Notes under the pieces: model-generated
Seen by the model: only the letters and a program-made list of their open reading frames with translations
What the model was told of the DNA's origin: nothing
The model's database searches: none
Made by a program: the position numbers and the translations under genes
Part shown: piece by piece, positions 49,222 to 58,283 of the stretch
Layout of the letters: each line of letters opens with the position of its first letter
How positions within the stretch are numbered: the stretch's first letter is position 1
Assembly (NCBI GenBank): GCA_036679645.1
Contig: JAZDCY010000035.1
Span: 42,253 to 106,252, forward strand
Length of the DNA: 64,000 nt
Source: Gemmatimonadota bacterium
GTDB lineage: Bacteria > Gemmatimonadota > Gemmatimonadetes > Gemmatimonadales > GWC2-71-9
Direction of reading: 5' to 3'

Positions 49222-50359
49222 TGCCCCCTCGTATGACTCCATCGAGCGTGCGCGCTGCTTCGATCGCCGCCTCGACATCCTCGCGCTCCGTCGCGAGCGT
49301 GTCATCATGGCGTGCTATCGACAACCACCGCTCCCACCACTCGACCGCATCGTGGAACTTCCCTTGGAGCGCGAGTGCATTGCCCAACGCCTGGTGCGCC
49401 AGCGCAAGCATCGGATCGAGCCCAAGCGCCTGGCGCGCCGCCCGTTCCGCATCGCCGGCGCAGTCTCGAGCGAGCGAAACCTGCGCCGCCGCGAGATGCG
49501 CTTCGGCATCGGTCGGGTACGCGGCGACGAGCGCCTCGACCTCGACACGCGCGCTCTCGACGTCGCCGTCCGCCAGGAATCCGTCTACGCTGGCAAGGGT
49601 CCCGGACAGATCGTCTGCATCGCTGGACGACTCCCGCACCGGATCGCGCACTTGCACGATTCCAGCGCTCTGCAAGCCAAAGACCGTGCGCGCCACCTCG
49701 AATTCGGACCGGCCCAACGTTCCCGCAATCAGGCGCAGATCCACCGTCCCGTCGATCATCGCGAGCACTTCCCACTCGGTGGCCAGGAGATCGAGTTCTC
49801 CCTCCTCGGTGCCTTCCGCCAACACCAACGACGGGACCACGCCCAAGTGCGGGATCTGCCGCTCGATGCGCGACCATTCGTCGATCCGCCGAGCGCCCTC
49901 CATCATCAGGGCCTCAGTCGGGATCCGCACGAGCGCCTCTGCCGGCACCTCGCCAATCGGGCCTTCGTTGAACGAAAAGTAGCCCTCGCGCCAATTCATG
50001 ACCTCGAAGATCACCTCCTCGACTTGGAGATGGACCATTCGTTCGAGTTCTCGCTGGCTGATGGCATCGATCGCCACCAGGATCTCACCCAGCCGGCGTT
50101 CGTCGCCCCGTCGCTGCGTCTCCTGCGCGAGATTGAGCTCGGCCTCCGTAATTTTGCCGGCTCGCAACAACAACTCGCCCAGCCGATGGGGGTTGCTGCG
50201 GACTTCCGCAGCGATCACGCCGCCTTTCTCGAAATGGATTGTGCCGTGATTGCGTCGCAGCTGCGACGTCACGCGCAAAACACCGGTCTTGCGTGAGAGA
50301 TCGAGCAACTGGAAGACATCATGGATGCCGAGTTCGCGAAGGGGGCCTTCGATCGCCAC
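49211..50359 (-). CDS. DUF4388/PATAN - MshEN - winged-helix-like - TPR protein (paralogue)
   Basis: GPLRELGIHDVFQLL...KTGVL, tandem RLGE motifs, LMMEGARRIDEW, TPR tail. GTG start at 50359. Confidence 0.85.
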   Translation of the reverse strand: MAIEGPLRELGIHDVFQLLDLSRKTGVLRVTSQLRRNHGTIHFEKGGVIAAEVRSNPHRLGELLLRAGKITEAELNLAQETQRRGDERRLGEILVAIDAISQRELERMVHLQVEEVIFEVMNWREGYFSFNEGPIGEVPAEALVRIPTEALMMEGARRIDEWSRIERQIPHLGVVPSLVLAEGTEEGELDLLATEWEVLAMIDGTVDLRLIAGTLGRSEFEVARTVFGLQSAGIVQVRDPVRESSSDADDLSGTLASVDGFLADGDVESARVEVEALVAAYPTDAEAHLAAAQVSLARDCAGDAERAARQALGLDPMLALAHQALGNALALQGKFHDAVEWWERWLSIARHDDTLATEREDVEAAIEAARTLDGVIRGGNGR

Positions 50360-50360
50360 G

Positions 50361-53045
50361 TCAGGCCGCCTCGGTGCGGAAGATGTGCTGGAGATCGAGC
50401 GCCGTGCGTGCGTGCTTGCGCGCCTTCTGCGCATACGGACCAGCAGGATCTAGCTGCACGACCTGCTCCCACGCGTGCACCGCGTCGGGGTACCGGCGCA
50501 ACCGCGCCAGCGCGACCCCGCGGAAGAAACGCGCGGCGACGTGATCGGGATCGAACGCCGTCACCCGGTCGAACGCCTCGAGGGCTCGATCCAGGCGGCC
50601 GTCGTCCACGAGAGCCTGCGCGAGGGCCATCACCGCTTCGAGATCGCCGGGGTCGTCGTGAAGGAGATCGACCAGCAGGTTGATGGCCTCTCGCGCCCGC
50701 GCCGTCTGCCGGAAGACGCGGGACAGCGGGACCGCGGCTTCGGAGTAGGTCGGCAGCACGTCAAGCGCCGCCCGATACGTCGTCTCGGCGGCCGCCCAGT
50801 CCTCTCTCTCTTCATGCACGTGCCCCAGAGCAACGTGCGCCTGCACGAATCGCGCGTCGAGTTCTAGCGCGGACTCGTAGGCGGCGCGGGCGGCGTCCAA
50901 GTCGCCGGTTCCCGCCGCGATGTCTCCTTCGAGCTTGCGAATGTCTGCGCGTTGCGGTGCACGAGCACGCGCCAGTTTCACCGCATCCAGCGCGCCAGCC
51001 GGATCATGGTCGGCGCGGCGCGCTTCGGCAACTGCAAGGAGCACATCGAGATGTTCCGGCAATTCCGCTGCCAGGCGTTCGGCGTCATCCCGCGCCCCCC
51101 GCGCTTGTCCCAACGACACCCGGGCGCGCACCTCGCCGAGCCGGGCGTCGATCCGATCGGGGGCTCGCTCCCGCGCGGCGCGGAACCTCTCGAGCGCCTC
51201 ACCGTGCAGGCCGCGGCGCCGAAAGATCTCGCCGGCGAGCACCAGCGCTTCCACCTCGTCGGCGCCGCGCGATACTGCGCGGCCGGCTTCGGCGGCCGCC
51301 AACTCGAAGAGCCCCTTCGAGAGATAGTCCCGCGCGAGGGACAGTGGGTCGGTAGGCTCGGGATCCGCCCGCTTAGACGGACGGTCGAGCTCCTGGAAGA
51401 TCTGGTCGAGAACCCCCTGATCGAAATGGAGGCTCTGGGGCGCGATCTCCGTACTCACGTCCGCGGAGATCTCGGGCACGATCGAGATGGTCGGGTCCTC
51501 GTACTGGAGATCGATGGCCAGACGGAACTTCTGCGGCACGTAATAGGGGTCAAGCGTCTGGGCGCGGGTCACCGCACGCAACGCACCGTCATAGTCACCC
51601 ATCGCTGAGAGCGCAAAGCTCAAGTTGTAGTGCGCTTCTGCTGACTCGGGGTCGTTCTCGACTGCCCGGGCAAAAGCGTTGCGCGCGTCCTCCGTCCGCT
51701 GCAACTCGTTCAGCACGAGACCGATCCCATTCCAGGCGGGCGCGGACGCCGCGTTGAGATCGAGCACCTGCCGGTACGCCTGTAGGGCCAGCTGATAGCG
51801 GCCCAGGCGGGCGAGCAGCAGCCCGAGGTTCAAGCGAGGGACCTCCAGGGCTTCGCCGGAACGCATCGCATCGTGGAACTCCTCGATCGCATCTTCGTGA
51901 CTGGACTGATGGGCCAAGCTGACCGCGAGATTGTTGCGCGCGATGGCGTAATCTGATGCGATCTCGACCGCGCGGCTGTAGGACGCGACCGCGTCCTCGG
52001 ATTGCCCTAGCTGGTGCAGCACGACCCCACGCTCGTTCCAGAGCTTTGGGGAGTCCGGCACCTCACGCGTCAGCGTATCGTAGAGCTCGAGCGATGCCGC
52101 GTAGTCCCGTCGCAGCAGGTGGACTTCCGCCATCGCCTGCAGCACCCGGAGGCGCTCTTCGCCCTCATCGAGACCGATGCGATACTCGCGCAGCGCCTCG
52201 TTGTAGTACCCCTTCTGCCGAAATGCCAGCCCGAGATTGAAGTGGGCAAACGATCTCCCCTCTGCCGACTCGAGGGTCGCATCGTCGGGGATCCGAATGG
52301 GCTGCGACTTCCGGTCTCCGATATAGCGTTCGAGGGAGAGGTTGGTTTGCGCGCGCGCAAATGTCGGGTTGAGTCGAATGGCTCTCTTCGTTGCCTCGCG
52401 TGCCTCTTCATGCCGCCGAAGGTCGCCGTAGACGAACGCGATCAGGTAATGCGCGTCCGCGTTCTCCGGGTTCAGCTGCACCGCGCGGGAAAGCGCGGTC
52501 AGGGCGTCGGCGTTGAGACCGCGATTGTAGAGCACCTCGCCCAGGTAGAAATGGACAACGCTGCTGTCGTGATCGAGATCTGCCGCGCGCACAAACCACT
52601 CCGTCGCCTCTTCCAGGCGACCGCGGGTTTTTTCCGCCAGTCCCAGCTGAATGAGAGCCGCCAGATCGCCGGGGTCGCGGGACACGATCTCCTCGAACTC
52701 CTGCACCGCGGCATCGGACTGCCCCAACGACGCATACGCCCGTCCCAACTCCCAGCGGGCCTCGCGGTCTGCGGGCGTGACCCGCAAGCGCTCGTGGAGG
52801 GTCGTGACCCGCTCGTCGTAGTGCCCGGTCTGCTTGTAGGCGATTTCCAGATTCCGCTGAGCGACGAGCATCTTCGGATCCAACTCGAGCGCCCGCACGA
52901 AACACTGGATCGCCTCGTCGGCAAGGCCCTTTTGATAGAAGAGCACACCCAGATTGTTGTGCGCCCCCGAATCCGACTGGTCGATGCGGCGGGCGAAGGA
53001 ACGCAGGACCTGGCGGTCGCGCTCCGAGAGGACCAGAGGGGCCAT
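50361..53045 (-). CDS. Large cytoplasmic TPR-repeat protein (894 aa)
   Basis: Many canonical TPRs (AHNNLGVLF, AHFNLGLAF, AWNGIGLVL); no signal peptide. Confidence 0.88.
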   Translation of the reverse strand: MAPLVLSERDRQVLRSFARRIDQSDSGAHNNLGVLFYQKGLADEAIQCFVRALELDPKMLVAQRNLEIAYKQTGHYDERVTTLHERLRVTPADREARWELGRAYASLGQSDAAVQEFEEIVSRDPGDLAALIQLGLAEKTRGRLEEATEWFVRAADLDHDSSVVHFYLGEVLYNRGLNADALTALSRAVQLNPENADAHYLIAFVYGDLRRHEEAREATKRAIRLNPTFARAQTNLSLERYIGDRKSQPIRIPDDATLESAEGRSFAHFNLGLAFRQKGYYNEALREYRIGLDEGEERLRVLQAMAEVHLLRRDYAASLELYDTLTREVPDSPKLWNERGVVLHQLGQSEDAVASYSRAVEIASDYAIARNNLAVSLAHQSSHEDAIEEFHDAMRSGEALEVPRLNLGLLLARLGRYQLALQAYRQVLDLNAASAPAWNGIGLVLNELQRTEDARNAFARAVENDPESAEAHYNLSFALSAMGDYDGALRAVTRAQTLDPYYVPQKFRLAIDLQYEDPTISIVPEISADVSTEIAPQSLHFDQGVLDQIFQELDRPSKRADPEPTDPLSLARDYLSKGLFELAAAEAGRAVSRGADEVEALVLAGEIFRRRGLHGEALERFRAARERAPDRIDARLGEVRARVSLGQARGARDDAERLAAELPEHLDVLLAVAEARRADHDPAGALDAVKLARARAPQRADIRKLEGDIAAGTGDLDAARAAYESALELDARFVQAHVALGHVHEEREDWAAAETTYRAALDVLPTYSEAAVPLSRVFRQTARAREAINLLVDLLHDDPGDLEAVMALAQALVDDGRLDRALEAFDRVTAFDPDHVAARFFRGVALARLRRYPDAVHAWEQVVQLDPAGPYAQKARKHARTALDLQHIFRTEAA

Positions 53046-53048
53046 GCG

Positions 53049-53669
53049 TCAGGTAATGCGGACGGCGTCGAAGATGGCCTTAAGGGACGCGAGGTCAGGG
53101 AGCAAGAGAAAGTGACCGTTCAACGCCCGGCCGGCTTCGACGAAATGAAAGTCGGTTTCGACGCAGAACACGAAATCACGATCTTGACCGAAGTTGAGAT
53201 ACGCCGTCGTGACGACGGCGCCCGCGAGGTCTACCACCAGACTGGGCACCGAGGGCAAGAGCATCATACCCATGAAATCGGACAGCGCGTTCATGTATGC
53301 GCCACCGAGTATGTTCCCCGCCTCCTTGAGGCTCGACTGCTCCAGCTCGTCAAACCTGTCCGTCGAGCCTGGCGTCCGCTTCAACAGAAGATCACAGAGA
53401 AGCTTGGCGTTCTCTTCCGGCACGAGAAAGAGCGTCCGACCAGTGAGATCGCCGAGCATGTGCATGAGCACGGCCGCGACCACTTCATCCGGATCCCCGA
53501 TCGTCTCGGGCACGTCCTCCAGGCGCGTGATCGTGATCTCCGGCACGTTGATCATGATCCGCCGATCGGTCATCTGCGAAAGCGCCGTCGCCGCATGCCC
53601 CGCGCCGATGTTGGCCACTTCCTTCAGGGCATCGAGCTGTAACGCTTTCAGATCGCGAATGTCTTCCAT
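53049..53669 (-). CDS. cheC: CheY-P phosphatase CheC
   Basis: Two ExxN active motifs: DALKEVANIG and SSLKEAGNIL. Confidence 0.93.
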   Translation of the reverse strand: MEDIRDLKALQLDALKEVANIGAGHAATALSQMTDRRIMINVPEITITRLEDVPETIGDPDEVVAAVLMHMLGDLTGRTLFLVPEENAKLLCDLLLKRTPGSTDRFDELEQSSLKEAGNILGGAYMNALSDFMGMMLLPSVPSLVVDLAGAVVTTAYLNFGQDRDFVFCVETDFHFVEAGRALNGHFLLLPDLASLKAIFDAVRIT

Positions 53670-53679
53670 GAAGCCGTCC

Positions 53680-55548
53680 TCAGACGAGTCCGCCCGCGTC
53701 CAGGATGAGTACGGGCGACCCGTCCCCGAGAATCGTAGCGCCGCCGAAGATCGGGAGCGTTCCTTGCGGCGGGTCGAACGGTTTTACGACGATCTCCTGT
53801 TGGCCAAGCAGGCTGTCGACAACGACCCCTGCCCGCCGGTCCCCTATCCTTACGACGACCACCGGTCGTTTTGGCGGAGCCACCCCTCCGACCCCGATGA
53901 CCTCCCTCAGGTCGACCAGAGGCACTACCTCCTCGCGGAGCCGTAGAGCCTCCCGCCCCTCGAAATCTGCCACCCGATCGGCCGTGAGCTCGACGGTTTC
54001 CGTCACATGGGTCAGCGGCAGCGCGTATTGCTCATCGCCGATCCGGGCGAGCAGCGCCCGAATAATGGCGAGCGTCACCGGAATCCGGAGCGAGAAGGTG
54101 GTTCCCGCCCCCGGTTGGCTCTTGATCTCGACCGACCCACCCAACGCGCGCATGCGGGTGGCAACGACATCCACCCCGACCCCACGCCCCGAGACATCCG
54201 ACACCTCACGAGCCAGACTGAACCCCGAACGGGCAAGAACGCGGAACAACTGGTCGTCACTCAAATCCTCGGTCGACTCGTCCACCGCCCCCAATCGCCT
54301 GGCCTCAGCGAGGATCTTGTCCCGATCGATGCCGCGCCCGTCGTCCTGTACCACGATGACGATGGTTGACCGCTCACGCAGCGCCGCGAGCACGATCTGG
54401 CCGGTGCGGGGCTTTCCAGCGGCCTCACGCTCTTCCGGTTTCTCGATCCCGTGGTCCACGGCATTCCGGAGCATGTGCACCAGCGGATCACTCAGCTCGT
54501 CGAGGATGGCACGATCTACCTCGATCTCCTTTCCCTCGACGCGGAACTCGACGTCCTTGCCCAACTGCCGGCCAAGATCGCGCACGAGACGCGGGAACCG
54601 ATCGAAGACCTGCCACACGGGGGTCATGCGCGCCTGCAAGATCTCCGATTGGAGATCGACAGTGAGGTGCGACACCTTCTCCACCGCGTCAGTGAGGAGA
54701 GGATCGCCCCGTTGGGTGCTGAGGTGATCGAGCCGGCCACGCGCCGTCACGAGCTCGCCGGCAAGGTTCATCAGCCGATCGAGGCGACGCAGATCCACCC
54801 GAATGTGACGGGTCCGCCCGGGAGCAGCGCGCCCCACGGGTGCAGCGACATCCTCGTCGGCATCGACCGCCACACGATCTATGTCACCCGCGGCTCGAAT
54901 CTCGCGTTCGATCGTTTCCCGATCGGTCGTGGTCTCCAGGCGAAAGGCAAAACGGCCATCGAATTCTTCCCGCTCAATCGCCGCCAGTGCCGGTTCGACC
55001 GCGCGCACCGTACCGAGCGCCTCCGCCCGCCGAAGCGCAACCAGCGCGCGCGCTCCCTTGAGCGGACTATCCGCCCGGATCACGACCTGCACCTTGTGCC
55101 CGGCACCGGAGGGCGCGGACACGAACGAGATACGCCGGCGCGGCCGGTCGCGCTGCTCTCCTGGCTCGAGCGCCCTGCTCGCTTCGTCTAGTGCCTCGAG
55201 CAGCGGCGCTACATCCTCGCCCGCAGCCGTCCCCGTGGCGGCCGCCTCCACCAACTCCTCGAGCGCGTCAGCCGTGCGAAAAAGCAGCTCGATCATCTCA
55301 GGCGTAACCGTTTGCTCCTCACGGCGAAACACATCGAGCAGGTTTTCCGCTCGGTGCGCGAGGTCCGCGACCGGTGCATATCCCATGGTCGCAGCCATGC
55401 CCTTGATCGTATGGACCGAACGGAAGATCCCGTGGACGGGCTCGATGTGCTCGGGACGGCGTTCCCAATCGAGCAGTAGCTGATTGAGAGCGCCGAGATG
55501 TTCACGCGCCTCGGCGCGGAACAGCTCGGCGTAGCGGGACAGGTCCAT
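53680..55548 (-). CDS. cheA: Chemotaxis histidine kinase CheA
   Basis: Hpt FRSVHTIKG, P2 domain, HMLRNAVDHG, DDGRG, SGRGVG, C-terminal CheW-like P5. Confidence 0.97.
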   Translation of the reverse strand: MDLSRYAELFRAEAREHLGALNQLLLDWERRPEHIEPVHGIFRSVHTIKGMAATMGYAPVADLAHRAENLLDVFRREEQTVTPEMIELLFRTADALEELVEAAATGTAAGEDVAPLLEALDEASRALEPGEQRDRPRRRISFVSAPSGAGHKVQVVIRADSPLKGARALVALRRAEALGTVRAVEPALAAIEREEFDGRFAFRLETTTDRETIEREIRAAGDIDRVAVDADEDVAAPVGRAAPGRTRHIRVDLRRLDRLMNLAGELVTARGRLDHLSTQRGDPLLTDAVEKVSHLTVDLQSEILQARMTPVWQVFDRFPRLVRDLGRQLGKDVEFRVEGKEIEVDRAILDELSDPLVHMLRNAVDHGIEKPEEREAAGKPRTGQIVLAALRERSTIVIVVQDDGRGIDRDKILAEARRLGAVDESTEDLSDDQLFRVLARSGFSLAREVSDVSGRGVGVDVVATRMRALGGSVEIKSQPGAGTTFSLRIPVTLAIIRALLARIGDEQYALPLTHVTETVELTADRVADFEGREALRLREEVVPLVDLREVIGVGGVAPPKRPVVVVRIGDRRAGVVVDSLLGQQEIVVKPFDPPQGTLPIFGGATILGDGSPVLILDAGGLV

Positions 55549-55551
55549 TCG

Positions 55552-55914
55552 CTAGCCCAGGACCCGTTGAACAGCCTCGAGGACGCGCGATGGTTGAAAC
55601 GGTTTGACCACGAAATCCTTGGCGCCGGCCTGGATCGCCTCCACGACGAGGGCCTGCTGCCCCATCGCGCTACACATCAGAACCCGGGCCCTCGGGTCGG
55701 ACGTGACGATCTCCCGAACGGCGTCGATACCCCCCATGTCGGGCATGACGATATCCATCGTCACCAGATCGGGCTTGAGTTGCTTGTACTTCTCCACCGC
55801 CTGTACACCGGTCTCGGCTTCTCCGACGATCTCGAACCCCGCCTGCGACAGGATGTCGCTGATCATCGTTCGCATGAAGATCGCGTCGTCGCATACCAGC
55901 ACCGTATGGCTCAC
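55552..55914 (-). CDS. cheY: Single-domain response regulator CheY
   Basis: DDAIFMR, TMDIVMP, SAMGQQ, VKPF; Bacillus/Thermotoga-type sequence. Confidence 0.93.
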   Translation of the reverse strand: MSHTVLVCDDAIFMRTMISDILSQAGFEIVGEAETGVQAVEKYKQLKPDLVTMDIVMPDMGGIDAVREIVTSDPRARVLMCSAMGQQALVVEAIQAGAKDFVVKPFQPSRVLEAVQRVLG

Positions 55915-56357
55915 GAACCCTCCCTCAGAGACAGAATCGGGCCGAACAGCACCTCGAGATTGAGCAGCACAAACGGGCGCCCGGCACGCTCACCGACGCC
56001 CCGCACGAGTCGGCGATCGATCCCGGGCAACGCACTTCCCTCCGCCAGCGCGCCCGGCTCGGGCGATATCAGATCGAGGACCTCGTCCACGGTCATGGCG
56101 ACCTGGCGATCACCCAACTCGAGTAGGAGCGTCGACCCACCGTTGCCGTGCGCCTCAACCCCGAGAAGACGGGGGCCATCGACCAGTGTTACCAACTCGC
56201 CACGGACGTTGATGAGACCGGCGACTGCATCCGGTGCACCCGGAATCCGGGTTGCGGGCCGCGGCGGCAAGATCTCCCGAACAGCCAAGACGTCGGCCGC
56301 GCAGACGAGATCCGCCACGCGGAAGATCAGCAAACGGTGCCCCGCCGATGCGTCCAT
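55911..56357 (-). CDS. cheW: Chemotaxis coupling protein CheW
   Basis: TRIPGAPDAVAGLINVRGELVTLVD, MTVDEV. Confidence 0.88.
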   Translation of the reverse strand: MDASAGHRLLIFRVADLVCAADVLAVREILPPRPATRIPGAPDAVAGLINVRGELVTLVDGPRLLGVEAHGNGGSTLLLELGDRQVAMTVDEVLDLISPEPGALAEGSALPGIDRRLVRGVGERAGRPFVLLNLEVLFGPILSLREGS

Positions 56358-56358
56358 C

Positions 56359-57417
56359 TTATTTAAAGAAGCCAAGATAGTCGAGCACAGAGGGTCGAGC
56401 AAGCACGTCCTCGTCGCCCGCAGAGGCAGCCAACGCGGCGTGCAAATCTGCGGGCCAGTCCGAGTGAAAACTGAGCCGATCCCCGGTCTCCGGATGGGTC
56501 AGCGCAAGGACAGCGGCGTGGAGCGCCTGGCGCGGCGCCGCCCGCTCTACAGCGCCCGCCTCCGGCCGCTGGGCGCCCGTCATACGGCGACTGCCTCCCC
56601 CACCATATACCGGGTCTCCGACCACCGGATGACCGATATGGGCCATGTGCACGCGGATCTGATGAGTGCGCCCTGTGGCCAGGCGCACGCGCACGAGATC
56701 GCACACGCCAAACCGAGCCACGGACACCACCTTCGTCTGTGCGGGACGCCCGGTCGCGACGACTGCCATGCGTTTCCGATCGCGCGGGTGACGGGCGACC
56801 GGGGCGTCTATGGTCCGCTCCGCGCCGACATGCCCCCACACGAGCGCGGCGTACAGACGCTCAATGCGCCGGGCCGCGAACTGGCGAGACAGGCCGCGGT
56901 GCGCTCGTTCGGTCTTGGCGACGATGAGTAGACCCGAGGTGTCACGATCCAGCCGGTGCACGATTCCGGGTCGCTCTCCTCCTGCCGTGGCCAACTGCAC
57001 GCCGCGATACGCGAGCGCGTTCACGAGCGTGTCGTCCCAGTGGCCGGGCGCAGGGTGCACGACGAGCCCGGCCGGCTTCTCGATCACGAGCAGATGGTCG
57101 TCCTCAAACCGAATATCGAGAGCGATGGCGTGGGGGGTGATGGTCCGGCGAGGCTCGGCAACGGGAAACCGGACATCGACCTCGTCGCCGCGGGCGAGAC
57201 GTCGTCCGGCGCGACCAGGCGCGCCGTTCACCAACACCGTCCCCAACCCTATCAGACGGCTGGCCTGCGTGCGGGAGAGCGCGAGCTGGTCGGCAAGAAA
57301 CCGGTCCAGACGCTCTGTTTCTGTAGCGAGAACCTGGAAGACGACGCGCGTGGCGTCAACAGACGACTCAGGAGGAGACTTCAGCGGCGTCTGAGCGCTT
57401 CGCGGCTCGCTCCTCAC
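56359..57417 (-). CDS. rluD: RluA/RluD-family pseudouridine synthase with an S4 domain
   Basis: RLDRFLA, KPAGLVVHP, HRLDRDTSG, TGRTHQIRVH, QALHA. Confidence 0.92.
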   Translation of the reverse strand: MRSEPRSAQTPLKSPPESSVDATRVVFQVLATETERLDRFLADQLALSRTQASRLIGLGTVLVNGAPGRAGRRLARGDEVDVRFPVAEPRRTITPHAIALDIRFEDDHLLVIEKPAGLVVHPAPGHWDDTLVNALAYRGVQLATAGGERPGIVHRLDRDTSGLLIVAKTERAHRGLSRQFAARRIERLYAALVWGHVGAERTIDAPVARHPRDRKRMAVVATGRPAQTKVVSVARFGVCDLVRVRLATGRTHQIRVHMAHIGHPVVGDPVYGGGGSRRMTGAQRPEAGAVERAAPRQALHAAVLALTHPETGDRLSFHSDWPADLHAALAASAGDEDVLARPSVLDYLGFFK

Positions 57418-57889
57418 CGCGTCCCTCGTTCCACAGCACGATGGCCAGCGCCACGGCGCCGCAGCTCACCGCCGTATCAGCCACGTTGAACGTCGGCCAA
57501 TGAAAGGACCCTATCCAGACGTCGATGAAATCGACTACCCCGCGGGCGCTGCGGAACCGATCGACGAGATTGCCCACCGCCCCACCGCACACCAGCGCCA
57601 GCGCGGCCAGCCGGAACCGCTCATGCGGCTTGGTCTGACGTACCATTGCCCCCAACACCACCAGCGCAACCATTGCCAGGACGGTGAACACCCATCGCGA
57701 GTGCTCGCCGACGTGGATGCCGAACGCGGCGCCCGGGTTGTAGACCAGTCGTAGGCTGATCCAATCGCCGACGATTCGGACCGGTACCCGCGACGAGAGC
57801 GTCGCGACCGCGATCTGCTTGGTGACGAAGTCGAGCGTGACCGTGCCGACGAGCACGATCCAGAAGAACAGCTGCCTACCGCTTGACAC
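57368..57889 (-). CDS. lspA: Lipoprotein signal peptidase II
   Basis: DFVTK, NPGAAFG, GNLVDR, VVDFI, FNVAD. Confidence 0.94.
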   Translation of the reverse strand: MSSGRQLFFWIVLVGTVTLDFVTKQIAVATLSSRVPVRIVGDWISLRLVYNPGAAFGIHVGEHSRWVFTVLAMVALVVLGAMVRQTKPHERFRLAALALVCGGAVGNLVDRFRSARGVVDFIDVWIGSFHWPTFNVADTAVSCGAVALAIVLWNEGRGEERAAKRSDAAEVSS

Positions 57890-58259
57890 TGTCCTCCTCC
57901 TTGGCCTTGCACTTGATGCAGAGCCGGGCGTGCGGCAACGCGTCGAGACGCTCGAACCCAATTGCGTCACCACATTCGTGACACTTGCCGAATTCCTCCG
58001 GAGCCCGATACAGACGCCGCAGGGCCTCGTTGACGTGCCAGAGATAGCGGCCCTCCTTCGACGCGAACAGGAACTCTTTCTCGCGCTCCATGGCGTCTGT
58101 GCCCTGGTCGGCCATGTGGAACGAGTACGAGGATAGATCCCCGTCACTCGCTTGGAGGGTGCCCGAGAACGACTTCTCGTGCACGCCGATCTCCTTCATC
58201 ACGCGCGTGCGCTCCTCCAACAGGCGTTTTTCGAGATGTGCAAGTCGCTTCTTATTCAT
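57876..58259 (-). CDS. TraR/DksA C4 zinc-finger protein
   Basis: Coiled coil with tip HMADQG; FGKCHEC...ERLDALP...CIKC. Confidence 0.88.
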   Translation of the reverse strand: MNKKRLAHLEKRLLEERTRVMKEIGVHEKSFSGTLQASDGDLSSYSFHMADQGTDAMEREKEFLFASKEGRYLWHVNEALRRLYRAPEEFGKCHECGDAIGFERLDALPHARLCIKCKAKEEDSVKR

Positions 58260-58283
58260 GCAGTCTTCCGTGTGCTCGGGGCC

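Noticed and set aside
45704..53642. Long plus-strand ORFs (525, 399 and 542 aa) opposite the signalling cluster
   Set aside because: Antisense shadows of well-supported minus-strand genes.
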